The notes beneath the pieces were generated by a model that was given only the letters and a program-made list of their open reading frames with translations, was not told the DNA's origin and did not search any database. A DNA stretch of 64,000 bases, from assembly GCA_963762565.1 (NCBI GenBank), contig CAVXLD010000003.1, positions 864,001 through 928,000 on the forward strand. The letters run 5' to 3'. The position numbers were made by a program, and so were the translations under genes. The stretch comes from an uncultured Verrucomicrobiae bacterium (GTDB taxonomy: Bacteria; Verrucomicrobiota; Verrucomicrobiia; Chthoniobacterales; JAFAMB01). Positions 20,370-30,970 of the stretch are shown piece by piece (the first letter of the stretch is position 1; every line of letters begins with the position of its first letter).

Positions 20370-22732
20370 AAGGCACCCCCTTTCTCTTGGATTGCCCGCC
20401 ACACCCGTTCAGGTGTGAATGGCAAATCCAGGTGAAGAATCCCTAGTGGCGAAAGCGCATCGATCACCCCGTTCCCAATACAAGGTGTCGCACCGATCGT
20501 TCCGGCTTCGCCCACCCCTTTCACGCCAAGCAGATTTGAAGGTGACGGTGTCTCCGTGCTGCCCAGCGCGTACTCCGGTATATCCAAAGCGCGCGGTATC
20601 GCGTAATCCATGAATTCACCGGTTAATAATTGGCCGTTCTCGTCGTACACCGTTCGTTCCATCAGCACTGCGCCGAGGGATTGAGCGATGCCGCCTTGTA
20701 CCTGGCCCTCAATGAGCAGCGGGTTCACCTGTTTACCGCAATCATCGACCGCAGTGTATTTCAGGATCTTGACCTGACCGGTCTCGCGATCCACTTCCAC
20801 CGCACAGATATGGGTCCCGAACGGGAACGTACAGTTAGGCGGTTCGAAGAAACTGGATGCCTCAAGTCCCGGCTCAAACCCAGGAGGCAGATTCTTCGCG
20901 ACGTAGGCCTCGCTGGCCAGCTGACCCCAACCGATATTCTTCGCTTCGCTGCCGCGCACGAAGAACTTACCGTCGGCGAACTCGATGTCAGCCGGCGCCG
21001 CCTCCAAAAGCGCAGCCGCTAATGTCTTGGTTTTCTCGATAATCTTATCGATCGACATCGCGATCGCCGTCCCGCCGAGCGCGGTCGCCCGGCTGCCATA
21101 AGTGTCCCGGCCGAAATGCGCGGTAGCAGTGTCTCCACGCAGAACGACGACATCCTCAATCGGAATCCCTAGTCGATCGGCTGCGATTTGAGCGAAACTC
21201 GTCTCTTGGCCTTGTCCATGCGGCGTTGCCCCGGTAATCACCGTTACTTTTCCGGAGATCTCGATCCTCACACAGCCCCATTCCCAGCCTCCTGCGGCCA
21301 TGATCTTCGAAGGACCGAGGGCGCAGATCTCAACGTATGTCGAGATACCGATCCCGAACAGCCGACCCTCCGCGCGGGCATTTTCACGCTCTTTCAACAA
21401 TCGCGGCCATTGGGCTAGTCCCTTCGCCTTCTCCAGCGCCGCCTGATAGTTGCCGCTATCGTACTGTAGTCCGGTAATGGTCGTGAACGGGAACTCTTCC
21501 GGACCGGGCATGTTCTTTAGCCGGATCTCTATCGGATCTAGACCGAGCTCGTCGGCCACATAGTCCATGACTCGCTCGATGATATAGGTTGCCTCTGGCC
21601 GGCCGGCGCCACGATAAGCATCGGCTGACATCTTATTGGTGTGAACCCCGGTGATGTCGACCTTGACCGCTTTGAGCTTGTAACAACCGCCAATCATCAA
21701 GCCGGTAAGCGTGGGGATCGCCGGAGTGAGCAACTGCAGATAAGAACCGATATCGGCGATGATCTTCGATCGGATCGCTAAAACCGAACCGTCGTTCTTA
21801 ACCGCAACCTCGTGATCTCCGATCTGGTCCCGTCCGTGGATCGTAACCGCAGCGTTTTCCCGCCGGCCCTCGATCCATTTGATCGGCCGCTGTAGGCGCA
21901 TCGCCAGATGGCTGACCACGGCTTCTTCTGAGTAAAGATTGAGCTTGGACCCGAATCCGCCGCCAACCTCGGGGGCGACCACGCGCAGCTTATTCTCCGG
22001 AATACCGATCATTCCGGGTAACAGTGTCCGGATCAGATGCGGGATCTGGGTTGATGTCCACAAGGTGAGCGTTTGCTCACCCGAATGCCAGGAGGCCGCG
22101 CAGCCGCGCGGCTCAAGCGCCATCGGCGTCAGGCGCTGATGAAGAATCCGGAGCTTAAGGACCCGATCCGCCTCTTTGAAAGCAGCGTCGAGGTCGCCAC
22201 CCGCCAGACCCCAGGTAAAGGCCACGTTAGTCCCGAGGTCGGGATGGGTCAGCGGCGCATCTGTTTCTAACGCCTTCTCCGGATCAACCACCGCCGGCAA
22301 CGGCTCGTAATCGACTTCGACCAGTTCCAGAGCATCTCGCGCAATCGTTCGCGTCTTGGCCACAATCACGGCAACCGGATGGCCCACAAAATAAACTCGG
22401 GAGCTGGCTAACACCGTATGCACCGGCGATTTCCCACCGGGTAATGGGGTGGCACACGGAATCGTTCCTGCTTTCTCGTTTATATCGGCTCCGGTAAACA
22501 CGCCGATAACGCCGGGGAGATTCTTAGCAGCCTCGGTATTTATGGACTTGATGTTCGCATTGGCGTGCGGGCTCCGGACGAACTCGGCATGGACTACTCC
22601 TGCAAGCTGTAAATCATCAACATAGGTCGCCTCGCCTTTGAGCAGCCGCGGGTCTTCTACCCGCTTCATTGCCCGCCCAAAATATTTCGGGGAAGACTTT
22701 GTTAGAGGGGGTTTCTCGGTGGTAGTGGACAT
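20366..22732 (-). CDS. coxL: Molybdopterin large subunit, form II CoxL-like
   Basis: VGGGFGSK, AYRGAGRPEA active-site loop, HGQGQET, KGVGEAG. Confidence 0.9.
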   Translation of the reverse strand: MSTTTEKPPLTKSSPKYFGRAMKRVEDPRLLKGEATYVDDLQLAGVVHAEFVRSPHANANIKSINTEAAKNLPGVIGVFTGADINEKAGTIPCATPLPGGKSPVHTVLASSRVYFVGHPVAVIVAKTRTIARDALELVEVDYEPLPAVVDPEKALETDAPLTHPDLGTNVAFTWGLAGGDLDAAFKEADRVLKLRILHQRLTPMALEPRGCAASWHSGEQTLTLWTSTQIPHLIRTLLPGMIGIPENKLRVVAPEVGGGFGSKLNLYSEEAVVSHLAMRLQRPIKWIEGRRENAAVTIHGRDQIGDHEVAVKNDGSVLAIRSKIIADIGSYLQLLTPAIPTLTGLMIGGCYKLKAVKVDITGVHTNKMSADAYRGAGRPEATYIIERVMDYVADELGLDPIEIRLKNMPGPEEFPFTTITGLQYDSGNYQAALEKAKGLAQWPRLLKERENARAEGRLFGIGISTYVEICALGPSKIMAAGGWEWGCVRIEISGKVTVITGATPHGQGQETSFAQIAADRLGIPIEDVVVLRGDTATAHFGRDTYGSRATALGGTAIAMSIDKIIEKTKTLAAALLEAAPADIEFADGKFFVRGSEAKNIGWGQLASEAYVAKNLPPGFEPGLEASSFFEPPNCTFPFGTHICAVEVDRETGQVKILKYTAVDDCGKQVNPLLIEGQVQGGIAQSLGAVLMERTVYDENGQLLTGEFMDYAIPRALDIPEYALGSTETPSPSNLLGVKGVGEAGTIGATPCIGNGVIDALSPLGILHLDLPFTPERVWRAIQEKGGAL

Positions 22733-22734
22733 CT

Positions 22735-23205
22735 TTAGACTCGTCCTTTCTTTGCCGCATATTCAACGGCTTCGATAATATGGGTGTAACCTGTGCATCG
22801 GCAGAGGTTGCCATCGAGCGCATGCCGGATCTCGTCGCGCGACGGCGAATCGTTGCGTTCGAGGAGTTGCACTGCGGTCATCATCATACCCGGTGTGCAA
22901 TACCCGCACTGCAGGCCGTGGCACTCCCAGAATCCTTCCTGGACAGGGTGCATGTCGCCATTGCTAGCGAGACCCTCGACCGTGGTCACTTCTGCGCCGT
23001 CCGCCTGGACGGCAAACATGGTACAGGATTTAACGGCTTGCCCGTCAACGAGGACGGTGCACGCGCCGCAAACGCTGGTCTCGCATCCCACGTGCGTACC
23101 GGTCAGGCCACACGTTTCCCTTAAAAATTGAGCCAGCAACAAACGAGGCTCTACCTCGGCTTCGTGCAGGACTCCGTTGACGCGAATCTTAACGGACATG
23201 TTCAT
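22735..23205 (-). CDS. coxS: 2Fe-2S small subunit
   Basis: GCETSVCGACTV, QCGYCTPG, NLCRCTGY. Confidence 0.92.
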   Translation of the reverse strand: MNMSVKIRVNGVLHEAEVEPRLLLAQFLRETCGLTGTHVGCETSVCGACTVLVDGQAVKSCTMFAVQADGAEVTTVEGLASNGDMHPVQEGFWECHGLQCGYCTPGMMMTAVQLLERNDSPSRDEIRHALDGNLCRCTGYTHIIEAVEYAAKKGRV

Positions 23206-23296
23206 GGGTGCTCTCCTTCGGAATCGGAAAGGCGTTTCCCCAAAGCCCTTTTTTTAAGTAAATCGTTCTGGAAGAACCAAGCAAGACAAATTCGTA

Positions 23297-23562
23297 GGAG
23301 TTCAGGAGTTGCAGGAGTTCGAGGCGGAGGCCGTGGAGCGCTGCCTCGCTTGCGAGGCCGTCGGGACCAAGGGAGAACTCTTATGGCGCGACCGCATCAT
23401 TGTCTGCGCTCTAGATCGGTCTGTCTGCCTTTTCACCCCCGCAGCAGTCCCGCCGGACAATGCGTCAGGCCTCGCCCTCACCTTCGGTCACAACGGCCTC
23501 GCAAGCGAGGCAACGCTCCACGCGTTCGCGCCTCCTTGAACTCCTGCAACTCCTTGAACTCC
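23297..23562. repeat. Family A REPIN-like element (23331-23522) nested in GGAGTTCA/TGAACTCC arms
   Basis: GTGGAGCGCTGCCTCGCTTGCGAGGCCG ... CGGCCTCGCAAGCGAGGCAACGCTCCAC. Confidence 0.88.
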
Positions 23563-23735
23563 TTCATTGCCATTTGCATGCCACCCCGCTACTCTCGGCC
23601 CCTTTCATGTTCGAGGTCTCCAAGGGAAACAACGGAAACAAAATGGTGGAACAAAACTACCCGAGTATTTCTCCCGCCAGTTCACATCCCACGTAATCGA
23701 TTGATTCGCGACGAATTCCATCCCCATCGCCGAAC

Positions 23736-25004
23736 ATGCTCATCCCAACTGCCCCTCGTACAGGAACCCAGTCGTGGGCCCATGAACGTACCCGTAAATC
23801 GGTCCTTTCGTTTCCTGCCGGCTTTATTCCGATAGCCACCATTTTCGCGTTTATGTGTTTCCGCGGGGTGCTTGACGCCCCGGACGCGTCTGCGGAAAAG
23901 CAGGTTCGCTTTTCTTCCTTGGATGAACTCTCACGCTCGATCCATTCCGAAGGAGCCAACGCGCAATTCGAAGGCTGCTTTATCAACGTTTCCGGTGAAT
24001 TGCCCTGTAACCATGGCGGATCGCTAGCTGAGCTCCCGGACGGATCGCTAGTTTGCACCTGGTACGCGGCATCCAGCGAAGCTGCGCCTGACGCGCGGAT
24101 CTGCTGTTCCCAACTAGTAAAGGGCAGCCATCGTTGGACTGAACCCGAAGTGATCGTCCGGCCGCAAACGCCAATACAGGGTCATTGGTTCGCCAACAAA
24201 TCTGTCGGGGACACCGTCCTTTTCCTGGATCGCGAGCAATGCCTGTGGCTTTTCTTTGCCGGCGTTACGATCGGGGGCTGGTCAGGAGCACACGTCGATT
24301 TTGTCGTATCGCACGATTCCGGCCGGCATTGGTCCCCGGTACAAACGCTGATTGACGGCTTTGGCCAGTCACCCCGGAGCAAGTTGGTGAAGCTAGCCGA
24401 TGGTCAGGTCATGATCCCGCTCTCCTCCTGGTTATTCCATTGGGAAGGCTACACCGTTTGTTTGAACCTAGCCGACGGTCAGGTCATCAAGAAAGGTGTC
24501 GCTGCAAAAATCCCCGGCCCGGAAAATAGCCAACCTAGCCTGGTCACGCTGAATAATCGCGATGTCGTCGCTTATCTCCGAAACCCGCGCGGCGGCCATG
24601 TTCTATTTTCAAAATGGGATCCTTCACTGAACCAGTGGTCGCCGGCAAAGCCCATCAATTTGCCGAGCCCGGACTCAGCGGTTGACGCTATCGCTTGCGA
24701 AGACGGCGTGTTAGCCGTCTACACCTCCGACGCAAATCACCGATTCGGCATGAGCGTCGCCTGGTCGGCAGATGGTGAGCATTTTTCTCCCCTCACCAGT
24801 TTCGGCGACCGTAGAGATGTCAGTGTCTCTTATCCCACCCTGATCCGATCCAGCGACGGCGACTATCATCTGGTCTACACCTATGGCGGACGTTCGATGA
24901 TCAAGTACCTTCATTTGCCGCAGAAATGGATCCACGACGAGGTAGCGAAAGTGCGCGCGGCTGGCAGCCCGTGGAGCGCTGCCTCGCTTGCGAGGCCGTG
25001 GTGA
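23736..25004 (+). CDS. BNR/Asp-box sialidase-family protein
   Basis: HGGSLAELPDG, Asp-boxes SHDSGRHW and SADGEHF, SYPTLIRSSDG.YHLVYT; start uncertain. Confidence 0.8.
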   Translation: MLIPTAPRTGTQSWAHERTRKSVLSFPAGFIPIATIFAFMCFRGVLDAPDASAEKQVRFSSLDELSRSIHSEGANAQFEGCFINVSGELPCNHGGSLAELPDGSLVCTWYAASSEAAPDARICCSQLVKGSHRWTEPEVIVRPQTPIQGHWFANKSVGDTVLFLDREQCLWLFFAGVTIGGWSGAHVDFVVSHDSGRHWSPVQTLIDGFGQSPRSKLVKLADGQVMIPLSSWLFHWEGYTVCLNLADGQVIKKGVAAKIPGPENSQPSLVTLNNRDVVAYLRNPRGGHVLFSKWDPSLNQWSPAKPINLPSPDSAVDAIACEDGVLAVYTSDANHRFGMSVAWSADGEHFSPLTSFGDRRDVSVSYPTLIRSSDGDYHLVYTYGGRSMIKYLHLPQKWIHDEVAKVRAAGSPWSAASLARPW

Positions 25005-25342
25005 TTTGGTGGGGCGAGGCTCCCGAACGGCCCGGGGCTGCCCTCAACGAGGGCGATCGATTTCTGCCGCTGGAAGCCCGCGCCGACAGACGTGCCGAGC
25101 CGCCGACCCCTGATGTGCCACCGACAAAACGCGAGGCCGTAGGATAGATCGAGTAGCGCATCTTGGCATAGCACGTGGCAACGAAATTAGCCCTGGGCCT
25201 TTCGCGGCTCGGCACGTCTCTCGGCGTTGCCCACGATTCATTACGACCAGTCAGAACCGTGGCGAAAGATAACCGGTCGTTCGGGAGCCTCGCCCCACCT
25301 AAGACCCCTTTCGGCCTCGCAAGCGAGGCAACGCTCCACGGG
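24969..25342. repeat. Family A element enclosing a family B element (25008-25299)
   Basis: A arms 24971-24998 / 25312-25339; B arms GGTGGGGCGAGGCTCCCGAACG / CGTTCGGGAGCCTCGCCCCACC. Confidence 0.9.
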
Positions 25343-25419
25343 CGTCCCTCTGTCACGGAACGTTCTCCCATCCGGTCTTCGGTCCGGAAACCATTCACTC
25401 CTTGAACTCCTGCAACTCC

Positions 25420-25450
25420 CCGACTCCGCGAAGCCTACGTCGCGGCTGGC
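25420..25450 (+). mobile_element. 31-bp micro-element inside an AACTCC tract
   Basis: CCGACTCCGCGAAGCCTACGTCGCGGCTGGC flanked by C/C; removal restores CAACTCCTTGAACTCC. Confidence 0.7.
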
Positions 25451-25510
25451 CTTGAACTCCGTCCTTTGCTATTCGCTATTTTCGAAGCGCTGACCGCTTC
25501 GCACCGCCCC

Positions 25511-26446
25511 ATGAACCACACCCACTCGAACCATAGCGAGAAGCCACAGGCCGCCACCCCGGATGATGCGATCCGCTTAGCCACTTTCGACCAATACCGT
25601 GGCCTACTTTTCTCCATCGCTTATCGCATGCTTGGAACGATCGCAGATGCCGAGGACATGCTGCAGGAGACCTTTATGCGCTGGCATCAATCCGCGGATC
25701 AGAATATTCGCTCACCGCGAGCATTCCTAGTGACCATCATCAGCCGCCTCTGCCTGAACCATCTTCAATCTGCCCGGGTTCAACGCGAGGAATACGTGGG
25801 CGAATGGCTACCCGAACCACTCGTAACGGATCCAAACAGCGATCCGCTCAGGACGCTGAAAATCGACGAATCACTTTCGATGGCGTTCCTAGTGTTACTA
25901 GAACGACTGACCCCAATTGAACGTGCGGTATTCCTTCTCCACGAGGTATTTAACTATAAACATCCGGAAATTGCGGAAATTCTGGATCAAAGCGAAGCCA
26001 ACTGCCGGCAAGTGTTGCGCCGGGCTCGCCAACATGTGGGAGCGGTTGGTCGCCGATTCAAAGCCAACATTCAAGAGAGCACCGATCTGCTTGACCGATT
26101 TCTGCAGGCGACGCGCACCGGTGACATGGAGGGTCTAGTCGCATTATTAGCTCGTGACGTTGTCCTCCACTCCGATGGCGGAGGCAAAGCAATTGCTCTT
26201 CCGAAACAAATCAAGGGCGCTGAAAAAGTCGCTCGCGGGATCCTGCGAAGCATGGAGAAGACCGCACCCAAAGACCTAGTCGGCCACGCTGCCCATATCA
26301 ACGGCAAACGCGCCATAATCGGTTACGTGCAAGGAAAACCGTTCTCGGTTGTTTCCGTAAACATCAGCAAGGGCCGAATCAAAGACGTTTTCGTGGTTAC
26401 TAATCCGGACAAGCTGGCACGTATTCCGGATATGCGGGAGGGCTGA
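25511..26446 (+). CDS. ECF sigma-70 factor with C-terminal SnoaL-like extension (ECF41/SigJ type)
   Basis: AYRMLG..ADAED, REEYVGEWLPEP, LHSDGGGK, NPDKL. Confidence 0.93.
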   Translation: MNHTHSNHSEKPQAATPDDAIRLATFDQYRGLLFSIAYRMLGTIADAEDMLQETFMRWHQSADQNIRSPRAFLVTIISRLCLNHLQSARVQREEYVGEWLPEPLVTDPNSDPLRTLKIDESLSMAFLVLLERLTPIERAVFLLHEVFNYKHPEIAEILDQSEANCRQVLRRARQHVGAVGRRFKANIQESTDLLDRFLQATRTGDMEGLVALLARDVVLHSDGGGKAIALPKQIKGAEKVARGILRSMEKTAPKDLVGHAAHINGKRAIIGYVQGKPFSVVSVNISKGRIKDVFVVTNPDKLARIPDMREG

Positions 26447-26475
26447 TCCTAGGCAAGCGTGGACTAGCACCCAGG

Positions 26476-26736
26476 GCCTGGAGGGGAGCCGCTTTGTAGG
26501 TTAGCAGCTCTGTAAGTCGGCAGCCACCGAAAGCCTGCGGGGTAGACAGGCACCCGCGCACGGTCCAGCGCTAGCCAGTTGTGTGGTTGGCTTCCAAAAC
26601 GGCGGATTCTGCCACAACGTCCTTTTTGTATGTCTAACGCTGGGTAATTCCCGGGAGCCGCCTGTCTAACCCCGAAGGCTTTCGGTGGCTGCCGCCGGGT
26701 AGAACTGCCACCTTACAAAGCGGCTCCCCTCCAGGC
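26476..26736. mobile_element. Family C element, copy 2
   Basis: GCCTGGAGGGGAGCCGCTTTGTA / TACAAAGCGGCTCCCCTCCAGGC; inner stem CGGCAGCCACCGAAAGCCT / AGGCTTTCGGTGGCTGCCG. Confidence 0.85.
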
Positions 26737-26845
26737 GTTGGGCGGGCGACGACGCGTGTTCCTTGAGGAGCACGAGCACGATTATTTGATCGACGACGAT
26801 CAAATCGATGTCACAAACGGTTCCCCTGCCCGGTCTACTCTCTCG

Positions 26846-27472
26846 ATGAAACTACTGATACTTGGCGCGACCGGCGCTACTGGGCTTCACGTCATTACCC
26901 AGGCAGTCGAACGCGGTCACACCGTCACAGCTTTTGTTCGGAACCCGGATCCACTCAAGAAGTTCGAAAACCGCATCGCCGTGGTTCGTGGAAATCTACT
27001 GGAGAGCGCCGAACTCGAACAAGTGCTGACCGGCCAGGAGGCAGTCCTATCCGCGTTCGGTCCCCGTCTGCCGATCGCCAAAGCAGACGCCGACTTACTC
27101 CAACGTTTTGCCGCCGCATTGACCAACGGAATGCAAAAGGCCGGTGTCCGGCGGGTTGTAATCGAATCAACCGCTTTCCTTTTCAAAGATGCGATGATCC
27201 CGCCCGCCCATTTTTTCGGTCGCCTGTTTTTCCCGGGAGTCGTGCGCGATGCCGGCGAAATGGAAAACATCGTGGCGAAGAGCGGACTCGATTGGACCTT
27301 GGTTCGTCCACCGCAATTGACCAATAAAGCGTCCACCGGCAAGTACCGGACAAAAATCGGTCACCTGCCATCGTTCGGTTTCAACATCTCGCGCGCCGAC
27401 GTCGCCGATTTCATGATCAAAGCCGGCGAAAACCACGCCTCAATCCAAAAAATCATCGGACTAGCGAATTGA
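26846..27472 (+). CDS. NAD(P)-binding oxidoreductase (flavin reductase/BVR-B-like)
   Basis: GATGATG, DWTLVRPPQL, ISRADVA. Confidence 0.9.
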   Translation: MKLLILGATGATGLHVITQAVERGHTVTAFVRNPDPLKKFENRIAVVRGNLLESAELEQVLTGQEAVLSAFGPRLPIAKADADLLQRFAAALTNGMQKAGVRRVVIESTAFLFKDAMIPPAHFFGRLFFPGVVRDAGEMENIVAKSGLDWTLVRPPQLTNKASTGKYRTKIGHLPSFGFNISRADVADFMIKAGENHASIQKIIGLAN

Positions 27473-27653
27473 GTTCACAGTTCACGGTTATCAGTTTGCG
27501 GTTTGCCGTTAGCGCTCGGCCGCTGGTAAGCCTAGCGTTTAGGGACCAGCGCTCAGTCCGGCTGAGTCCCATAGGTCATATAGGTCCTATAAGTCTCATC
27601 TGCGCGACCCCTAACAACCGTCTCGATCACGAAACCATCCACCCCTCAACGCT

Positions 27654-27986
27654 ATGTCAGTCAGAAACGCCAAAAAACGAATCACCGAAGCGGTGAGCTC
27701 TTGGGGAGGAATTACCCTGGCTCCCTACCGGTTTGGAGGAACTGCATTTATGCTAGGGAAACGAGAACTCGGGCACATTCATGGTGACCGCCTGATCGAT
27801 ATCCCATTCCCAAAACCGGTCCGAGACGAGCTTGTGAGTACTGGTCAAGCCGAGCCGCATCATATCTTGCCGGACAGCGGCTGGATTAGTTTCTTTCTCC
27901 GGACCGAGGTCGATATCGACCAAGCGATCAAGTTAATGCGCAGGTCGTTTGAGGCTGCGGTCGCGCGGGGGAAAAAGGAAGCGTGA
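27654..27986 (+). CDS. Luciferase-like/DUF5519 domain protein
   Basis: RFGG.AF.LGKRELGHIHG...AEPHHILPDSGWISF. Confidence 0.8.
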   Translation: MSVRNAKKRITEAVSSWGGITLAPYRFGGTAFMLGKRELGHIHGDRLIDIPFPKPVRDELVSTGQAEPHHILPDSGWISFFLRTEVDIDQAIKLMRRSFEAAVARGKKEA

Positions 27987-28011
27987 TTGGTGATTGGTGA
28001 TTGGTAGAATT

Positions 28012-28320
28012 CGTCCCGAAGGGACTGAACGAGCGTAGCCTGGCAATTTGTTGCCAGGAACCCGTCCTATAGCGGACCCGTCGCGTAATGGGGCTTCGGT
28101 CCCGAAGGGACAATAGGACTCAGCCTGGGGTTTTAACCCCAGGAAAACGTCCACACATGAGGCCGCCCTGAAGGGGCGGAAGACGATTGTGATCGACGAG
28201 CCGGATTGACCGACGTCTGCAAATGTGGGCAGCGAATTTACCGTCTCTTCGGGGCGGGCATTTTTCAACTCGGTACCTCGGATTAAAACCCCGGGCTTAG
28301 TGCTGTTGACCCTTCGGGAC
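28012..28320. repeat. Cluster of short REP-like hairpins (GTCCCGAAGGGAC type)
   Basis: GTCCCGAAGGGAC twice, CCTGGCAA-TT-TGTTGCCAGG, CCTGGGGTTTTAACCCCAGG, GCCCTGAAGGGGC, CCCTTCGGGAC. Confidence 0.75.
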
Positions 28321-28468
28321 AAGTGCCCACCGTCCCTTACGTGCCGCGGACCGCGGACCGCTCCATCTCGAATCCGCGCCTCTTCAAGCCCACCCTCCCC
28401 GCAAAGAAGATGGGGACTGGCTTTACCAGTCCCCATCGTTTCGGTACCCCCAAAAAAGGTCGCGTTCC

Positions 28469-29374
28469 TTAGACTGATAATGAGACCGCGGACTGCGCAG
28501 GCAAATCTGCGGTGGTTTCCTCGAATTCACGCAACAACGGCTTTGCCCGATCCGATGCGCCCATGATCGAAAGCTTCGCCCGAGCGACTTCAGTCACTTT
28601 CGCCTCGGCATGCCGCATCGTCACTAGATGCGGGGGTTCATGCCCACTCTCCAAGAGTGCGCCTTCTTTCAACCCGTTCATCCAGGCTCGGACAATGTCC
28701 GCTCCAATGTTAATCTTTACGACGTTCATCGAGGTCGCCTTACGAACGTCGTCCGGATGAATACCGCTGCCTCCGTGTAATACCAATGGCGCCGGAGTAA
28801 CCTCAGCAATCTCTTCCAGCAGCGGCAGATCTAGCCGGCTGCTTTGTCCATGCACGGATCCCACCGAGACCGCCAGCGTATCGATCCCGCTCTCCGCCAC
28901 CATTCGCTTGGCTTCTTCCGGCGACGCTTTCTCGATTCTGCCGCCCTGACCCTCGCCACCAAATTGGCCAATCTCCGCTTCCACGGCCGCTCCCATCGGG
29001 TGAGCGATTTCGGCGATAGTCGCGGCCCCTTCGATATTCTCTTCTAAAGGCAAATGGCCGCCGTCATACATCACCGAGTAATAGCCGCGCCGTAGTGTCC
29101 GCAGAATCATTTCGTCCGCATCCGGATGATCTTGGTGAACCAATACCGGAACCCGGGCTTGCTCGGCTAAGAGCCTCAACAACTGAGGCAGCACGTCGAA
29201 GCCGCCATAATAAAGATCGCCAAAGTAGGTCTGCAGAATCACCGGCGCATCTTCAGCCTCGGCAGCCGCGATCACAGCCCGAGCGATTTCCAGGTTGCAC
29301 ACGTTGAATGATGGGACAGCGAATCGGTTACGAAATGCGTAATCGAAGAACAAACGCGGTTTAGTGACGTACAT
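28469..29374 (-). CDS. Class II fructose/tagatose-bisphosphate aldolase family
   Basis: HQDH, SVMYDG, VEAEIG, VGSVHG, LVLHGGSG, KINIG. Confidence 0.9.
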   Translation of the reverse strand: MYVTKPRLFFDYAFRNRFAVPSFNVCNLEIARAVIAAAEAEDAPVILQTYFGDLYYGGFDVLPQLLRLLAEQARVPVLVHQDHPDADEMILRTLRRGYYSVMYDGGHLPLEENIEGAATIAEIAHPMGAAVEAEIGQFGGEGQGGRIEKASPEEAKRMVAESGIDTLAVSVGSVHGQSSRLDLPLLEEIAEVTPAPLVLHGGSGIHPDDVRKATSMNVVKINIGADIVRAWMNGLKEGALLESGHEPPHLVTMRHAEAKVTEVARAKLSIMGASDRAKPLLREFEETTADLPAQSAVSLSV

Positions 29375-29583
29375 GGTTTTGAGATTCTGAATTAGACCTA
29401 ATCAAGCAGGAAACACGCAAATACCCCTAGCATTAGTGCGTGATTAACGCAAATAGTTCTGGCTATTCCTGCGTTTTACACGCATGATTGTTCACGTTTA
29501 CCGGGTTGAGTGTCGCTAAATAGACCTGGCCCGCGAAGCTTCACCTAGCCCTTGAGCAGGCGGCACAGCAGACATGAAGGCCG

Positions 29584-29744
29584 AACCACAGAACCTGTCG
29601 CGCCGCAGGCTTTGCGGAGGCGGATGTATGCAGATAGAGATCTCCGATCGAGATTTTGCTACGCCATATCTGCGTGAATCTGCGGCCGTTTTGCGGTTGG
29701 ACTTTTTCTCTTTCCTTTGTGTCCTTCGTGTCTTTGTGGTGAAA
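29584..29744. repeat. Family D element carrying a 31-bp micro-element (29593-29623), plus a CACAAAG-type arm
   Basis: AACCACAGA[insert]ATGTATGCAGAT ... ATCTGCGTGAATCTGCGG...GCGGTT. Confidence 0.8.
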
Positions 29745-29760
29745 TTTGTCCTCCATCCTG

Positions 29761-30573
29761 ATGAGTAAAGACCAGAACGCGACGCTTACCCGGCGCCACC
29801 AGGAGCTTCAATTGGTCGAGGCCAGAGGCCAGGTCAGTGTCGAAGAGTTAGCCCGACATTTTGATGTCTCGGACGACACCATCCGGCGCGATCTTCAGGA
29901 GCTTGAGCGGCGCAAATTACTGTTGCGTACACATGGCGGCGCCGTATCTGCCGCATTGTTGGTTCATCGGGAAACACCGTTCCTCACCCGAGCCAACGCT
30001 AATGCAGATGCCAAAGCCCAGATTGGCCGGGCAGCAGCCCGGCTCATCTCCGATGGCGAGACCCTGATCATCAATGGCGGCTCAACCACCTTTGCCTTTG
30101 CCGCCGGGCTTAGCCTTCGCCGGAACCTCACGATCGTCACGAATAACGTGACCATGCTTTCCGTTTTACCCGCTGAAGCTGTGGAAAGCGTTTACATTCT
30201 AGGCGGCGTATTTAACCGGAATCTAGGGTCGACGATAGGAGCGGTTGGATTTGCATCGGGTAACATCAGCGTTGACACGACGGTTCTTGGGGTCACGGGA
30301 TTGACCGCTGCGGGAGGGCTTTCTACGACTCTTTTGGAAGAAGCCCCCATGATGGCCAGCATGATCGCGTTCGCCCGCCGCACCATAGTCGTCGCGGACT
30401 CTTCCAAATTCGGTTTCAACGCTTTTGCCCAGGTGGCCCCCTTGAATGCAGTCGATATCTTGGTCACCGATGCCGAACCCCCGGCCGACCTCCGCCAAGC
30501 CCTAACTCAGGCAAACGTCGAAATCATCTTGGCAGATCAACCGCGAATGGACGCCAATGACCGCGAAAACTGA
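29761..30573 (+). CDS. DeoR/GlpR family regulator
   Basis: VSDDTIRRDL...RTHGGA, GGSTT, TIVTNN, ADSSKF. Confidence 0.93.
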   Translation: MSKDQNATLTRRHQELQLVEARGQVSVEELARHFDVSDDTIRRDLQELERRKLLLRTHGGAVSAALLVHRETPFLTRANANADAKAQIGRAAARLISDGETLIINGGSTTFAFAAGLSLRRNLTIVTNNVTMLSVLPAEAVESVYILGGVFNRNLGSTIGAVGFASGNISVDTTVLGVTGLTAAGGLSTTLLEEAPMMASMIAFARRTIVVADSSKFGFNAFAQVAPLNAVDILVTDAEPPADLRQALTQANVEIILADQPRMDANDREN

Positions 30574-30970
30574 ACCGCAGATGAAAGGAGATGGAAATAT
30601 CCGCAGAGCGGACACTAAAGACAGTTAAATATCCGCAGATTACACAGATTACACAGATTACACAGATTACGTTTTGGGGCTCCGATGGTGCTGGGGCTCA
30701 TGCGAAGATCGGCACCCAACGGTGACTTCTGTCAAAAAAAATGCTTTTCTGCTTTATAGCCTTTTGCTTTTCGAGGACAGGGAAAAGCCGAGCCCCTAGT
30801 AGCGACTTATTTAACTGCGGCGCATGCCCGACTGCCGAACGTAATCTGCGTAATCTGTGTAATCTGCGGATATTAACTTCTCTCTGTAATCTGCGGATAA
30901 ACCGTTCTTCCTCGCGCTACGGATCGTCTAATGGTCAGGTCTTTGTGAACTCTGTATCTTTGTGGTGAAA
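30539..30970. repeat. Composite family D element between deoR and pfkB
   Basis: ATCCGCAGATTACACAGATTACACAGATTACACAGATTACG / CGTAATCTGCGTAATCTGTGTAATCTGCGGAT. Confidence 0.85.

Noticed and set aside
20366..22732. Bona fide aerobic CO dehydrogenase
   Set aside because: The active-site loop is AYRGAGR (form II), not AYXCSFR.
23128..23835. ORFs over repeat regions (also 9715-10173, 24901-25398, 27933-28436, 45667-46151, 57948-58406, 59129-60128)
   Set aside because: They are translations of palindromic elements or antisense shadows, with repeat peptides and no domain motifs.
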